DNA of 64,000 bases from Candidatus Versatilivorator sp. (GCA_965207735.1 OZ242296.1:3584001-3648000); one strand, 5' to 3'; counted from the first letter of the stretch, positions 9,773 to 20,386 are shown. Program-made: numbers and translations. Notes: generated from the letters alone by a model not told the origin.

Positions 9773-11104
9773 ATGAAAAGGCAAGGAAGGGTCCAAGAAG
9801 CTTGGCCGCATCTCCGGGGGAGACGGGAATTCCTGAGGGTGGGCGCCTTGAGCTATCTGGGCCTCGGCCTGAGCGATTATTTCCAGTTGTCCAACCTCAT
9901 GGCTTCCCCCAACGCCAAAAAGGCCAAGGCACAGTCCTGCATTCTCATCTGGATGCACGGCGGACAGAGCCATCTGGATACCTGGGACGTGAAGGGAAAC
10001 AGCGGCTTCAAGCCCATCTCCACCAATGTGCCCGGAATCCAGATCTCGGAGCTGCTGCCCCGGGTGGCCAGGCAGATGGACAAGCTGTCGATCATCCGCT
10101 CCATGAAGAACGAGTCCAACGCCCACTCGGAAGGATCCTACTACGCCATGACGGGTCACATGCCGACCACCACCACCCGCTTTCCCAGCGTGGGCACCGT
10201 GGTCGCCAAGGAATTGGGCACGCGCACCAGCGTTCCGGCCTATGTGACCACCGGACGGGGTCGACTGAACTGTCGCAGCGCCGGGTTCGTGGAGCCCCAC
10301 TACGAACCTTTCATCATCCCGGAGCCGGGAGCCAAGGATTTCAAGGTCACCGACCTGGTCTTGCCCGATGAGGTCTCGGCGGACGCCCTCCATGCCCGAC
10401 ACGCTTTCTTGAAGCTGGTGGACGAACGCTACCGGCAGATGGAGAACCACGCCAACTTCGCCAAGGTCGACTCTTTCAACGAGAGGGCGCTCAATCTCAT
10501 TACCTCACCGTCGGTCCGCAACGCCTTCGATCTCACCCAGGAATCGGAAAAGACCAAGGAGGCCTACGGGCCCGGAAGGTTTGGACAGGGGACGCTGCTG
10601 GCCCGCCGGCTGGTGGAAGCGGGATGTCGATTTGTGACCATCGACGGCTGGAACAAGGAAGCCAAGCACGATTGGGACACCCATTACAGGAACGACTACT
10701 ACGTGAAGGAACAGCTCGTTCCCCCCTTGGACCGGGCCCTCTCCACCCTGCTGGTTGATCTCAAGGAACGAGGACTGTTCGAGTCGACCATCGTTCTGGT
10801 GATGGGTGAGTTCGGCCGCACCCCCAACATCAATCCGGGCCGTGGGCGAGACCATTGGGGTCACTGCTGGTCCCTGGTGCTGGGAGGCGGCGGCATCAAG
10901 GGAGGCCAGGTGGTGGGAGCCAGCGATGAGCGCGGGGCCTATGTGGCGGAACGTCTCGTCACCATCGGGGACCTCTTCGCCACCGTCTACAAGGCCCTGG
11001 GCATCGATTGGACCAAGACCTACACCGGTCCCGGACGCCGGCCCATCTACATCGCCAACTCCATCGGCGACAAGCAGGGAGAGCCCGTCCACGAGCTGGT
11101 TTGA
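9773..11104 (+). CDS. DUF1501 family protein with Tat-like signal
   Basis: RREFLRVG, IWMHGGQSHLDTWD, LLARRLVEAG.RFV, WDTH, MGEFGRTP, GRDHW; AGGAG RBS. Confidence 0.9.
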   Translation: MKRQGRVQEAWPHLRGRREFLRVGALSYLGLGLSDYFQLSNLMASPNAKKAKAQSCILIWMHGGQSHLDTWDVKGNSGFKPISTNVPGIQISELLPRVARQMDKLSIIRSMKNESNAHSEGSYYAMTGHMPTTTTRFPSVGTVVAKELGTRTSVPAYVTTGRGRLNCRSAGFVEPHYEPFIIPEPGAKDFKVTDLVLPDEVSADALHARHAFLKLVDERYRQMENHANFAKVDSFNERALNLITSPSVRNAFDLTQESEKTKEAYGPGRFGQGTLLARRLVEAGCRFVTIDGWNKEAKHDWDTHYRNDYYVKEQLVPPLDRALSTLLVDLKERGLFESTIVLVMGEFGRTPNINPGRGRDHWGHCWSLVLGGGGIKGGQVVGASDERGAYVAERLVTIGDLFATVYKALGIDWTKTYTGPGRRPIYIANSIGDKQGEPVHELV

Positions 11105-11114
11105 CAACGCAAGG

Positions 11115-12374
11115 CTACGTTCCGAAGTAAGTTTCCCCTTCCATCAGGTATTTTCGGGTTTCCTCTTCGTCCAGCTCCACCCCCAATCCCGGTCCCTCGG
11201 GAATATCGATAAAGCCGTTGCTGATTGTGGGCCGGTATCCCTTGAGGATGCGGTCCCAACCGGGCATGGCGTGGAACTCCAGCGCCAGCAGGTTGGGCAT
11301 GGCGGCGCAGGAGTGAACGGCGGCGGCAATGCCGATGGCGCTGGAGGCGTTGTGAGGACAGGTCTGCAGGTGGTGGATGTCGGCCAGGTCCGCAATCTTC
11401 TTGGATTCGGCAATGCCGCCGCTGACCTGGATGTCGGGGGCGACCATGCGGGCGGCCGACCGCCGGAAGAATTCCAGGAACTCGTGGCGCAGGTGGAGTC
11501 CCTCCCCCACCAGTGTCGGGGTGTGCGAGGATGCCGTCAGGGTCGCCCAGGCCTCGACGTCGGTAGCTGGGATTGGATCCTCCACCCAGGTGAGGTCGAA
11601 GGGCTCCACGGCCTTGAGGTAGCGCATGGCGTTGGACAGGGTTCCGCAGCGGGCCTCGACCGAGATCTCCACCTCCTCGCCGACTTCCCGCCGAATGTCC
11701 TCGATCTGACGGACCAGCCGGCTCAGGCCCTTACGCGTCAGGTGACGGTCCATGACGGCGCCCGGGACCCCAAACACCTTGGGAGGCGTGGCATCGAATT
11801 TCAGACAGGTGATGCCCAGCTCCCGATAGACGTCGGCCATGCTCTGATAATCCTGCAGGTCTCCCACGCAGCAATAGAGGCGCACCCGGTCCCAATGCTT
11901 TCCCCCCAGCAGCTTGTATACCGGCGTGCCCAGGGCTTTCCCGGCAATGTCCCAAAGGGCGGTTTCCACGCCGCTGGCGGCATGGGCGGCCACGCCGCTG
12001 TCGAAATGGGCGGCGCCGAAATTGCTGTAGGCCCGCCCCATCATCCGTCTAAACAGCCTCTCGACGTCGGTGGGATCCTCGCCCAATAGCAACTGGCGGT
12101 AGCCCAGCACATGGGCTCGGGCGGATTCATTGGCCCAGGTGTCGCCGTAGCCGCTGATCCCCTGGTCGGTATCGATGCGGATCAACATCCAGCGCCGCCG
12201 CCAGCCCCAGTCCACCTCCAGCATGGTGGTCTTCACGTCGGTGATGCGAATCTCGGGCTTCGGCTCGGTTCCCGCGGCATGAATGGAATTCCGATCGTGA
12301 CCGGAGCCCACCATCAGGGCGCCGGCCGCACCGGTTAGCGATGACAGAAAGTGGCGGCGATCGAAGGCCAGCAT
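11115..12374 (-). CDS. Mandelate racemase/muconate lactonizing enzyme family (DgoD-like acid-sugar dehydratase) with Tat signal
   Basis: ETALWDIAGKALGTPVYKLLGG, WVEDP, GE, CPHN, GPGLGVE; N-terminal DRRHFL. Confidence 0.87.
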   Translation of the reverse strand: MLAFDRRHFLSSLTGAAGALMVGSGHDRNSIHAAGTEPKPEIRITDVKTTMLEVDWGWRRRWMLIRIDTDQGISGYGDTWANESARAHVLGYRQLLLGEDPTDVERLFRRMMGRAYSNFGAAHFDSGVAAHAASGVETALWDIAGKALGTPVYKLLGGKHWDRVRLYCCVGDLQDYQSMADVYRELGITCLKFDATPPKVFGVPGAVMDRHLTRKGLSRLVRQIEDIRREVGEEVEISVEARCGTLSNAMRYLKAVEPFDLTWVEDPIPATDVEAWATLTASSHTPTLVGEGLHLRHEFLEFFRRSAARMVAPDIQVSGGIAESKKIADLADIHHLQTCPHNASSAIGIAAAVHSCAAMPNLLALEFHAMPGWDRILKGYRPTISNGFIDIPEGPGLGVELDEEETRKYLMEGETYFGT

Positions 12375-12559
12375 GACAGTCCTCCTATGGTTGGATTAAA
12401 GACGGCCGGCCCTCTCCGGGGTGCCCCGGCCGGATTGGCTTCCCCCTGAGGATGCGGCATAATTCAGCGGTGTAACTTCCAGCCTAGGTGGCCGCGTTCC
12501 ACAACGGGGCCTCTCTCGGGTAACCAAGTACCTGCAAGAATCGATCATCAGGAGGAATC

Positions 12560-13837
12560 ATGCAAGCGAGAAAAGGAATTCCCGGTTTGACTCTGGGTCT
12601 GATTCTGGTCTGGGGCGGTTGCTCGGGACCGAATCCGCCGGTTCGGAGCCAGCCCGTGGTGGAAGTGGGAGTCAGCCGGGTCATTCCCAGGGCCGCGTCA
12701 GAGGGCCGATGGAGCGTGGGACCGCTGTTGTCGCTTCAGGACGGAGCACTGGTTCTGGGTGACTCCGGGTTTTCCCATCGGTCCACCGATGGAGGGCGTA
12801 CCTGGTTGCAGGCGCCGCAACTTCCCAGCCGCCAACTGCTGCAGCTTCGAGATGGATCCCTTTGCGTGCTGGATCCCCTGACCCGGCATGCCGGGGAGCG
12901 CGGACAATTCGTGGGCCGCCGTCTGGAACTGACCGATCTGGATGACCCCTCTTCCTGGACCGAGGATCGGTGGATGGAACTGCCGGTGAGGGTGGAGCGC
13001 TGGACCGACCTGCACGGCGACGACGGGCGGCCCGTCACCACCTTCAGGTTTGGCGGCCCGATGCTGGAACTGGAGGACGGCACTTTGCTGACCGCCAAGG
13101 GCGGGAATTTCGTGGGCGACACGGCGCCCATGCCGGGGTTTATTCCGACCAAGGGGGAGAAGTGGTTCAAATATCGCACCTTCCTGCTGGCATCCACCGA
13201 CCGCGGCCGGAGCTGGCACTATCGCTCCACGGTCGCCTATGACGGCGTCAGCGGGCAAGAGAGCTTTTGCGAGCCGGCCCTGGTGGCTCTGGGCGGGGGC
13301 GAGCTTCTCAGCGTCATGAGGACCGGGCGCTACGCACCCATGTACCAGGCGCGCTCTCTGGACGGGGGAAAGACCTGGGGACCGCCGGAACCCTTGAAGA
13401 CCTTGGGGCTCTCTCCCATGATGGTGCTTCTACCCAATGGCGCCCTGGTATGCAGCTTCGGATGGAGGCCCTTCAAGGCCATCCCCTCCCAGGTGGACGG
13501 CGGGGCCTACGTGGGAGCCCTCCGGGACTACGGGCAGCGGTACCGGTCGCTGGTCGGCATCGAGGATCCCTCCGCGGCCGCCGGGGACTACGTCATGGCC
13601 AGCTTCGACAAGGGACACACCTGGAGCAGGCCGACCAAGGTTGCCGACCCGCTCACGGTGGGCTATACGCTGCTGGCGCCGACCGGTCCCGATACCTGCC
13701 TGCTATTGTCCCGCCGAATCGTGATCGAAGGGCTTTCGAGAGAGGAGGTCCTTCAGAAGTGGGAGAGCGAGTGGCACGATTGGAACGATAAATCCGGCGC
13801 CGTCATTGAAGCTCGCGAGATCCGGGTGACCCGGTGA
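12560..13837 (+). CDS. BNR/Asp-box repeat (sialidase-like) probable lipoprotein
   Basis: Four Asp boxes (STDGGRTW, STDRGRSW, SLDGGKTW, SFDKGHTW); lipobox-like VWGGC; AGGAGG RBS. Confidence 0.75.
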   Translation: MQARKGIPGLTLGLILVWGGCSGPNPPVRSQPVVEVGVSRVIPRAASEGRWSVGPLLSLQDGALVLGDSGFSHRSTDGGRTWLQAPQLPSRQLLQLRDGSLCVLDPLTRHAGERGQFVGRRLELTDLDDPSSWTEDRWMELPVRVERWTDLHGDDGRPVTTFRFGGPMLELEDGTLLTAKGGNFVGDTAPMPGFIPTKGEKWFKYRTFLLASTDRGRSWHYRSTVAYDGVSGQESFCEPALVALGGGELLSVMRTGRYAPMYQARSLDGGKTWGPPEPLKTLGLSPMMVLLPNGALVCSFGWRPFKAIPSQVDGGAYVGALRDYGQRYRSLVGIEDPSAAAGDYVMASFDKGHTWSRPTKVADPLTVGYTLLAPTGPDTCLLLSRRIVIEGLSREEVLQKWESEWHDWNDKSGAVIEAREIRVTR

Positions 13838-13870
13838 GCTGAAGCATTTGAGGGACTGACCACAAAGGCA

Positions 13871-13935
13871 AAAAGAGTTATCCAGGAAGTTACACGAAGG
13901 AGGAAGACGGGCCACGAAGAAAGACAAGAAGGGGA
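13871..13935 (+). repeat. Intergenic 'TTATCCACGAAG' repeat family, copy A
   Basis: AAAAGAGTTATCCAGGAAG...GGGCCACGAAGAAAGACAAG aligns with 19742-19803. Confidence 0.7.
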
Positions 13936-13998
13936 ACGACGTACAACCTTGACTGGGTGGGTTGCGTCGCCGAGAAGCGGCGGCAAGGAACCGGTTCG

Positions 13999-14769
13999 TC
14001 ACACCTGAATCGAGAAACCGCCATCGACCGGAATGGCCGCGCCGGTTACGAAATCGGAGGCGGAAGAGGCCAGGAAAACGGCCGTTCCCGCACAGTCCTT
14101 CAGGTTTCCCCAGCGGCCGGCCGGAGTTCTCTTCAAGACGTGATCATGCAGGGTGGGAACGTCCCGGCGGCCCTGCCGGGTGAGGTCGGTGTCGATGAAG
14201 CCGGGAAGGATGGCGTTGACCTGAATGCCGTCCATCGCCCAGGCCGTGGCCAGCGACTTGGTGAGTTGGACGACGCCTCCCTTGCTGGCTCCGTAGACCG
14301 GGCTGAAGGGCGCTCCAAAGATGGACATCATGGAGCCGATGTTGATGATCTTGCCGCTGCCTGCGCTCTTCATGGCCGGGTAAGCCGCCCGGGAGCCGAG
14401 AAAGGTTCCGGTAAGGTTGACCTGCAGCACCTCGGACCACTCCGGCAGGGTCAGTTTCTCGGGAGTCTTGCGGATGTTCATGCCGGCGTTGTTGACCAGA
14501 ATGTCCAGGCGCCCGAAGTGGTCCACGGTGGATTGCATCAGGGCTTCGACCGAGGACTCGTCACCGACGTCCACGCTGACCGCCAGCGCCTCTCCCCCTT
14601 CCTCTTGAATCTTCTGGACCACCTGCCGGGATTTTTCCTCGTTCCTGGCCGCCACAACCACTCGCGCCCCCGCTTCGGCGAGACCCCAGACGATCCCCAG
14701 GCCGATGCCTCGGTTGCCTCCGGTGACTACGGCGACTTTTCCACTCAGGTCAAACGACGCATATATCAT
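13999..14769 (-). CDS. SDR, KduD/gluconate 5-dehydrogenase-like
   Basis: FDLSGKVAVVTGGNRGIG, NNAG, YGASK, RTPAGRWG; start ATG 14769 (longer ORF extension looks spurious). Confidence 0.85.
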   Translation of the reverse strand: MIYASFDLSGKVAVVTGGNRGIGLGIVWGLAEAGARVVVAARNEEKSRQVVQKIQEEGGEALAVSVDVGDESSVEALMQSTVDHFGRLDILVNNAGMNIRKTPEKLTLPEWSEVLQVNLTGTFLGSRAAYPAMKSAGSGKIINIGSMMSIFGAPFSPVYGASKGGVVQLTKSLATAWAMDGIQVNAILPGFIDTDLTRQGRRDVPTLHDHVLKRTPAGRWGNLKDCAGTAVFLASSASDFVTGAAIPVDGGFSIQV

Positions 14770-15038
14770 GGTTCGGGGAGCTCCAGTTGGGAAAGGGCGC
14801 CGGAATCGAAAGGGACCTGTTCGTGGCAACGCGACGAGAAATACGGGCCAGGGCCGGCAGTTCTTCAAGAGCCCGGCCTGTGCGCCGATCGCGTGTGCGC
14901 AGGTAGGTACCACAGTCCAAAAAGGGTTGTCAAAGGCAAATATTGCCCGCCAAGGGCGCCTGGGACCGTGCCGGCGACCGTGATATAGTCTGCTGCGCAT
15001 TTCACTTGCCGCTGCCGCGGGTTCAGGAGGCCGCCTCA

Positions 15039-15560
15039 ATGGATGACTTCAAGTCGCTGATTCGTCACGTTCCCGATTTTCCCAAGAAGGGCATTCTCTT
15101 TTACGACATCACCACTCTCCTCAAGCAGAAAGGGTCCTTGAAGGAGGTGACCGAGCGGCTGGTGGATCTCTACCGGGACCGGGCCATCGATCTGGTGGTA
15201 GGGATCGAGTCCCGGGGGTTCATTTTTGCTCCCACCGTGGCCTGCGAGCTGGGCGCCGGCTTCGTTCCGGTCCGGAAACCGGGGAAACTCCCGGCCGAAG
15301 CCATCGTGGAAACCTATGACCTGGAGTATGGCCAGGACAGCCTCGAAGTCCACCGGGATGCCATCCGTGAAGGTCAGCGGGTTCTGCTGGTGGACGACCT
15401 TCTGGCGACCGGGGGAACAGCGGCCGCCGCCGTCCGGCTGATTCGGCGGTTGGGGGGTCAGTTGGTGGGCGCGGCCTTCCTGGTGGAGTTGGAGTTCCTC
15501 AACGGCCGCAGCCGCCTGCCGGACGTCGAGGTCCGCTCCGTGCTGCAGTACCAGGAGTAG
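15039..15560 (+). CDS. apt: Adenine phosphoribosyltransferase
   Basis: [42 protein letters not shown]; AGGAGG RBS. Confidence 0.96.
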   Translation: MDDFKSLIRHVPDFPKKGILFYDITTLLKQKGSLKEVTERLVDLYRDRAIDLVVGIESRGFIFAPTVACELGAGFVPVRKPGKLPAEAIVETYDLEYGQDSLEVHRDAIREGQRVLLVDDLLATGGTAAAAVRLIRRLGGQLVGAAFLVELEFLNGRSRLPDVEVRSVLQYQE

Positions 15561-15609
15561 CGCCGCTCACCTTCCCGACCTTTGGCAGATCCCGCTTGAT
15601 CGTTCTGCA

Positions 15610-15632
15610 CCCCTTCGTGGATCACTCTTTTT
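15610..15632 (-). repeat. 'TTATCCACGAAG' repeat family, partial copy C
   Basis: Reverse complement reads AAAAAGAGTGATCCACGAAGGGG. Confidence 0.5.
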
Positions 15633-15660
15633 CTTTTGTTTCAGACAAACGTGGGCCCGG

Positions 15661-16704
15661 CTACCGCCGCCCTTGGCCTGCAGCCAGCATTCCGTCGATC
15701 TCCTTTTGAAGGGTTGGGGCAATGGGGGAGTCGGGGTGGTGTTGGAGGAACTGGTCCAGGTAGAACTGGGCCTGGTTGGGATCCTTGTTGAGCAGATGTA
15801 TCTTCACCAGCAGTCCGAATGAGGGCGCTGCCCTGGCGGGCGCCAGCCGGGTGGCCGTTTCCAGGTGCTGCTCGGCGGCGTAGGAGCGACCTTGCTGAAA
15901 ACGGGCTTCTCCCAGGGCCTGGTGGACTTCGGCGAAGCTGGGGTCGTATTCCAGGGCCTGCTGGTATCGCTGGATGGCCTGGTCGAGCTTCCCCTGGTTG
16001 TGGTAGATGACCCCCAGATTGAAATTGGGCCGGGCCGTATTTTGCCGGAGCTCGATGGCCCTCAGGTAAGCCCGGGTGGCATTCGCCCACTGTTCCAGAG
16101 CCTGATAGTGCACCCCCAGGTTGTAGTGGGCCTCGAAGAATTCGGGTTGCGCCCGCACGGCCTTCCGGAGGTGCCGGATGGCCTTGGCCCGGTCTCCCTT
16201 GGCAGCTGCCGCCGAGGCCTTCAGGTAAGCCTGACCCGCCTTCCTGCTGACTTTCTTTGACCCTTCTTCGGTCTTGCGATCGGAGGGTAGGGAGCCGTAG
16301 GCCTTCACCACCTCCCGGAAGGAAGCGGATTCGTTGCCCTTGAGCCGGATATCGAGGACCACCGTACGGGGTTCCTTGTAGTTCCGGATCTGCAGGGGGC
16401 GGCCGACGGATGCGAAGTCGGGTCGTTCGATGGTGAGAAGATACTCCCCCGAGGTCAAGGAGCCGAAGCCAAAAGAGCCGTCGTACCCTACCGTCTTGCG
16501 ACCAACCTGGCTGCCGTCCTCCCTGGAGAGAACCACGCTGATGTTCTGGCTGGGACGCCCGTCTTGAGTGAGGACCCGTCCAGCCACCGAATGGTGGATG
16601 GGCTCCTCCCGTCCGTCTGTCTTCTGGGCCGCGGCTGTCGCTGGCACAAGGGCGAGAAGCGCCGGCAGGATCAATGGCCAGCGCATTTGACGACGATTTC
16701 CCAT
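15661..16704 (-). CDS. Secreted TPR protein with N-terminal carboxypeptidase-regulatory-like beta domain
   Basis: Signal peptide (ATAAA), G.V...DG.P...GSF.F..L..G.Y.L pattern, several TPR repeats (AHYNLG, NFNLG, HQALG). Confidence 0.75.
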   Translation of the reverse strand: MGNRRQMRWPLILPALLALVPATAAAQKTDGREEPIHHSVAGRVLTQDGRPSQNISVVLSREDGSQVGRKTVGYDGSFGFGSLTSGEYLLTIERPDFASVGRPLQIRNYKEPRTVVLDIRLKGNESASFREVVKAYGSLPSDRKTEEGSKKVSRKAGQAYLKASAAAAKGDRAKAIRHLRKAVRAQPEFFEAHYNLGVHYQALEQWANATRAYLRAIELRQNTARPNFNLGVIYHNQGKLDQAIQRYQQALEYDPSFAEVHQALGEARFQQGRSYAAEQHLETATRLAPARAAPSFGLLVKIHLLNKDPNQAQFYLDQFLQHHPDSPIAPTLQKEIDGMLAAGQGRR

Positions 16705-16828
16705 TCCCCTGCTCCTGCCTCTGCCCCTGAATTTAGACTGAAGCTTGCCTCTCCGGAAATTCTAGGGTGCCGCCGGTGTCAAAGTCAAAATCGCCTGTTC
16801 CGCTGTTCAGCCGCCTCCGGCACGTCCC

Positions 16829-16858
16829 TTGACGGTCATTCCCCGGCAAGTCTATGAT
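16829..16858 (+). promoter_or_regulatory. Putative sigma70 promoter of uvrA
   Basis: TTGACG (16829-16834), 18-nt spacer, TATGAT (16853-16858). Confidence 0.5.
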
Positions 16859-16903
16859 GACAGGTTTCGATCGAGTCCCGGTTTCATTCCTGGGTCGACC
16901 ACC

Positions 16904-19714
16904 ATGGGTCTAGACAGCATTGTCGTCCGGGGAGCCCGGCAGCACAACCTGAAAAACATCACGGTTGAGATCCCCCGCCGCCGGCTGACGGTGATCACCG
17001 GCCTGAGTGGGTCCGGCAAGTCGAGTCTGGCCTTCGATACCATTTACGCCGAGGGTCAACGTCGCTACGTCGAGTCCCTGTCCGCCTATGCACGACAGTT
17101 CCTGGATCAGATGGAACGTCCCGACGTGGATTCCATCGAGGGCCTCAGCCCGGCCATCTCGATCGAGCAGAAGACCACCAGCCGCAGTCCGCGCTCAACT
17201 GTAGGCACCATCACCGAGGTCTACGACTATCTTCGTCTGCTCTATTCCTCCATCGGGGTCCCCCACTGCCACCGCTGCGACCGATTGATAGCCCGGCAGT
17301 CCATTCGGCAGATTCTGGAGCGGGTTCGAGAACTGCCCGCGGGCGAACGCATCATGGTGCTGGCTCCGGTGGTGCGCGGCCGCAAGGGAGAATACCGCCA
17401 GTTCCTGGAAGACCTGGCCCGCCAGGGATTTGTCCGTGCCCGGATCGATGGCCGGCTGAGGATGCTGGATGAGGAGATCCAACTGGAGAGGCACAAGAAC
17501 CATACGATTGAGGTTGTGGTCGACCGCCTTTTGATCAAACCCAGCATCGAGCGTCGGGTGGAGAGCGCGATTCAGACGGCCATGAAGTTGACCTCGGGCA
17601 TCGTGCTGATCGCGGTGGTGAACGGTCCGGAGCGACTCTATTCGGAGAGGCTGGCTTGCGTCGATTGCGGCATCTCCATCCCGGCGGTTGAGCCCAGGAC
17701 CTTCTCCTTCAACAGTCGTTACGGTGCCTGCCCGAGTTGTTCCGGTCTGGGCACCCGTATGGAGCTGGATCCGGCCAAGATTGTTCCGGACCCATCCAGG
17801 TCGCTGCTCAACGGGGGATTGGCCCCCTGGAGCAACAGATTGCCCGTGAGGCTGAGGCGATTTCTCAAGGGAATCGCCACCCATTTCAAGGTGGATATGA
17901 GCCTGCCCTACCAGAGCCTGCCGTCCAGGGTGCGTGCCGGCGTCTGGAATGGTGTGGGGGACTCGGCTGCTCTGGGCGCGGGAATTCTGCAGCAGCTCAA
18001 GGAGTGGGGCTACGACCAGGAGACCCAGCCGAAGCGGCTGGCGGCCTTTCTGACTCCCAGGCCCTGCTCCGCATGCGGGGGGCGGCGCTTGCGGCCCGAA
18101 AGCCTGGCTGTCAAGATTGCCGAACTGTCCATTGCGGACCTGACTGCTTTCCCCCTGGGGAGGACCCTGCAGGTGATAGGGAACCTCAAGCTGACCTCCC
18201 GGGAAGACCGCGTCGCCGGCCGGGTGGTTCAAGAGGTGGTCGACCGCATCGAGTTCCTGTGCGCTGTGGGTCTGAAGTATCTGAGTCTCGACCGTTCCGC
18301 CTCGACCCTCTCCGGAGGGGAAGCGCAGAGAATCCGGCTGGCCACCCAGATCGGGTCCAGGCTTCGGGGAGTGCTCTACGTGCTGGACGAGCCCTCCATC
18401 GGGCTGCACCACCGCGACAACCGGCGCCTGCTGGCCATGCTGCAGCAGCTCAGGGACCTGGGCAATACCGTGCTGGTGGTGGAGCATGACGAGGACACCA
18501 TCCGGCGGGCCGATTTCGTGGTTGATCTGGGCGCGGGAGCCGGCAAGGCCGGAGGCGATCTGATTGCCAAGGGTACTGCCGCGGAGATATCGCACAATCC
18601 CCGCTCCCTCACCGGGCGTTACATTTCAGGAGACCTGGCGATACCGGTTCCCCTCCAGCGGCGAAAGGGCGACGGCAAGGCCGTGATCGTCCGGGGAGCC
18701 CGCCAGAACAATCTGAAGGGAATCAACGTGCGGTTCCCGCTGGGCTTGCTTACGGTCGTCTCCGGAGTCTCCGGTTCCGGCAAGTCCTCTCTGGTCAATG
18801 ACATCCTCTACCGTGCCCTGGCCCAGCGGCTTTACGGCTCGCTGGCCGAGCCCGGCCGGCACCGGAGTATTTCCGGCGCTGCTTTGATCGACAAGGTCAT
18901 CGAGATCGACCAGCAACCCATCGGGCGGTCGCCCCGCTCGAACCCGGCCACCTATACCGGCCTGTTTACAGCCATCCGTGACCTCTACGCCTCGCTGCCG
19001 GAATCCCGTGAGCGTGGCTACAAACCGGGCCGATTCAGCTTCAACGTCAAGGGAGGCCGTTGCGAGGCTTGCCGGGGGGACGGGCTGAGACGCATCGAGA
19101 TGAGCTTTCTCCCCGATGTCTACGTCCAGTGCGACGTTTGCCGGAGCCGCCGCTACAATCGCGAGACCCTGACCGTCCGCTACAAGGGGCGCTCCATTGC
19201 CGATCTGCTGGAGAGTTCGGTGGACGAAGCACTCGAAATCCTGGCCAATGTCCCCTCGATCCGGATGAAGCTGCAGACGTTGAGCGACGTCGGACTGGGG
19301 TACGTCCAGCTGGGACAGTCGGCGACGACCCTGTCCGGCGGCGAGGCCCAGAGGATCAAGCTGGCTCGGGAGCTGAGTCGAAGGGCGACGGGCCGGACCC
19401 TCTACATCCTGGACGAACCCACCACCGGGCTGCATTTCGAGGACGTCAAGAGGCTCCTGGAGGTGCTCCACCGCTTGACCGATCTGGGCAACACCGTGAT
19501 CGTCATCGAGCACCAGATCGACGTCATCAAGACTGCTGACTGGGTCATCGACCTGGGTCCGGAGGGTGGCGAAGAGGGCGGACGGATCGTCGCCCAGGGG
19601 ACCCCGGAGGAGGTGGCCCAGGTTCCGGACTCCCATACGGGCCAGGCGCTGGCGCCGTTGCCGGGGCTGTCCGGGCTCAAGGCGGCCGAGCCGGCCGAGG
19701 CCTACTTGCATTAG
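16904..19714 (+). CDS. uvrA: Excinuclease ABC subunit A
   Basis: Two ABC ATPase modules ([27 protein letters not shown] twice), zinc fingers, GARQHNLK. Confidence 0.98.
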   Translation: MGLDSIVVRGARQHNLKNITVEIPRRRLTVITGLSGSGKSSLAFDTIYAEGQRRYVESLSAYARQFLDQMERPDVDSIEGLSPAISIEQKTTSRSPRSTVGTITEVYDYLRLLYSSIGVPHCHRCDRLIARQSIRQILERVRELPAGERIMVLAPVVRGRKGEYRQFLEDLARQGFVRARIDGRLRMLDEEIQLERHKNHTIEVVVDRLLIKPSIERRVESAIQTAMKLTSGIVLIAVVNGPERLYSERLACVDCGISIPAVEPRTFSFNSRYGACPSCSGLGTRMELDPAKIVPDPSRSLLNGGLAPWSNRLPVRLRRFLKGIATHFKVDMSLPYQSLPSRVRAGVWNGVGDSAALGAGILQQLKEWGYDQETQPKRLAAFLTPRPCSACGGRRLRPESLAVKIAELSIADLTAFPLGRTLQVIGNLKLTSREDRVAGRVVQEVVDRIEFLCAVGLKYLSLDRSASTLSGGEAQRIRLATQIGSRLRGVLYVLDEPSIGLHHRDNRRLLAMLQQLRDLGNTVLVVEHDEDTIRRADFVVDLGAGAGKAGGDLIAKGTAAEISHNPRSLTGRYISGDLAIPVPLQRRKGDGKAVIVRGARQNNLKGINVRFPLGLLTVVSGVSGSGKSSLVNDILYRALAQRLYGSLAEPGRHRSISGAALIDKVIEIDQQPIGRSPRSNPATYTGLFTAIRDLYASLPESRERGYKPGRFSFNVKGGRCEACRGDGLRRIEMSFLPDVYVQCDVCRSRRYNRETLTVRYKGRSIADLLESSVDEALEILANVPSIRMKLQTLSDVGLGYVQLGQSATTLSGGEAQRIKLARELSRRATGRTLYILDEPTTGLHFEDVKRLLEVLHRLTDLGNTVIVIEHQIDVIKTADWVIDLGPEGGEEGGRIVAQGTPEEVAQVPDSHTGQALAPLPGLSGLKAAEPAEAYLH

Positions 19715-19741
19715 AAGAGCGGGACCGTCCATCCAGCAAGG

Positions 19742-19803
19742 AAAAGAGTTATCCACGAAGGGCCATGAAGGACGACGAAGGGCCAAGAAGAAAGACAAGG
19801 GGA
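19742..19803 (+). repeat. 'TTATCCACGAAG' repeat family, copy B
   Basis: Aligns with 13871-13935; roughly 10-nt periodic GAAG units. Confidence 0.7.
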
Positions 19804-19874
19804 TTCCTCTATTGAGGGCGGTCAGGGGTGAATTACGGCGACCCGTCATTCGGTTTGGCGGCCTCCTCTTCTCC

Positions 19875-19903
19875 TTGACACCTCCTTGGTGGGGGAACAT
19901 AAT
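19875..19903 (+). promoter_or_regulatory. Putative sigma70 promoter upstream of NIPSNAP/LLM genes
   Basis: TTGACA (19875-19880), 17-nt spacer, CATAAT (19898-19903). Confidence 0.6.
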
Positions 19904-20036
19904 TCGCTGCCCTAAGGGGTGACCCTGATCAGCCTTCCCCTCAAGATTCGCGAGGGAGATGGGTCGCCGGTGCGGGCCGTGGCTCTGATCGATTAGTTCA
20001 GCCCCCCTTCCCTGTGGCCGCGAAAGGAATCCCAGG

Positions 20037-20348
20037 ATGATCTACGAACTCAGAATCTACCGCTTTCACCCGGGGCGCAAGCCCACCTTCCTGAGGTACT
20101 TCAAGGTGGCTCGCACTTTTATGGAGAAGTACGGCGTCACCTTTGTCACGGCCTGGGAAAACCTGGAACGCGAAGACGAGTTCATCTGGATGCGTTCCTT
20201 CTCCTCGGTGAAACAGCGGCAGAAGGCCATCGACGCCTATTACGGTAGTCCGGAGTGGCTCGAGATCGTGGGCAAGATACGACCCACCATCAGGCGGCGG
20301 GAAGTGCGCCTCATGAAAGCCCGCCCGGGATCCGGGTTGCCTCAATAA
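20037..20348 (+). CDS. NIPSNAP family protein
   Basis: MIYELRIY start, about 100 aa, F.W...F.S......A...YY..PEW pattern. Confidence 0.8.
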   Translation: MIYELRIYRFHPGRKPTFLRYFKVARTFMEKYGVTFVTAWENLEREDEFIWMRSFSSVKQRQKAIDAYYGSPEWLEIVGKIRPTIRRREVRLMKARPGSGLPQ

Positions 20349-20386
20349 CACCTGTCCGACACTGGACCCACAGGAGGTCACGCTCA

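Noticed and set aside
19749-19757. TTATCCACG as DnaA box / oriC
   Set aside because: Only 8/9 match, part of a dispersed repeat family; no box cluster, AT-rich unwinding element or dnaA.
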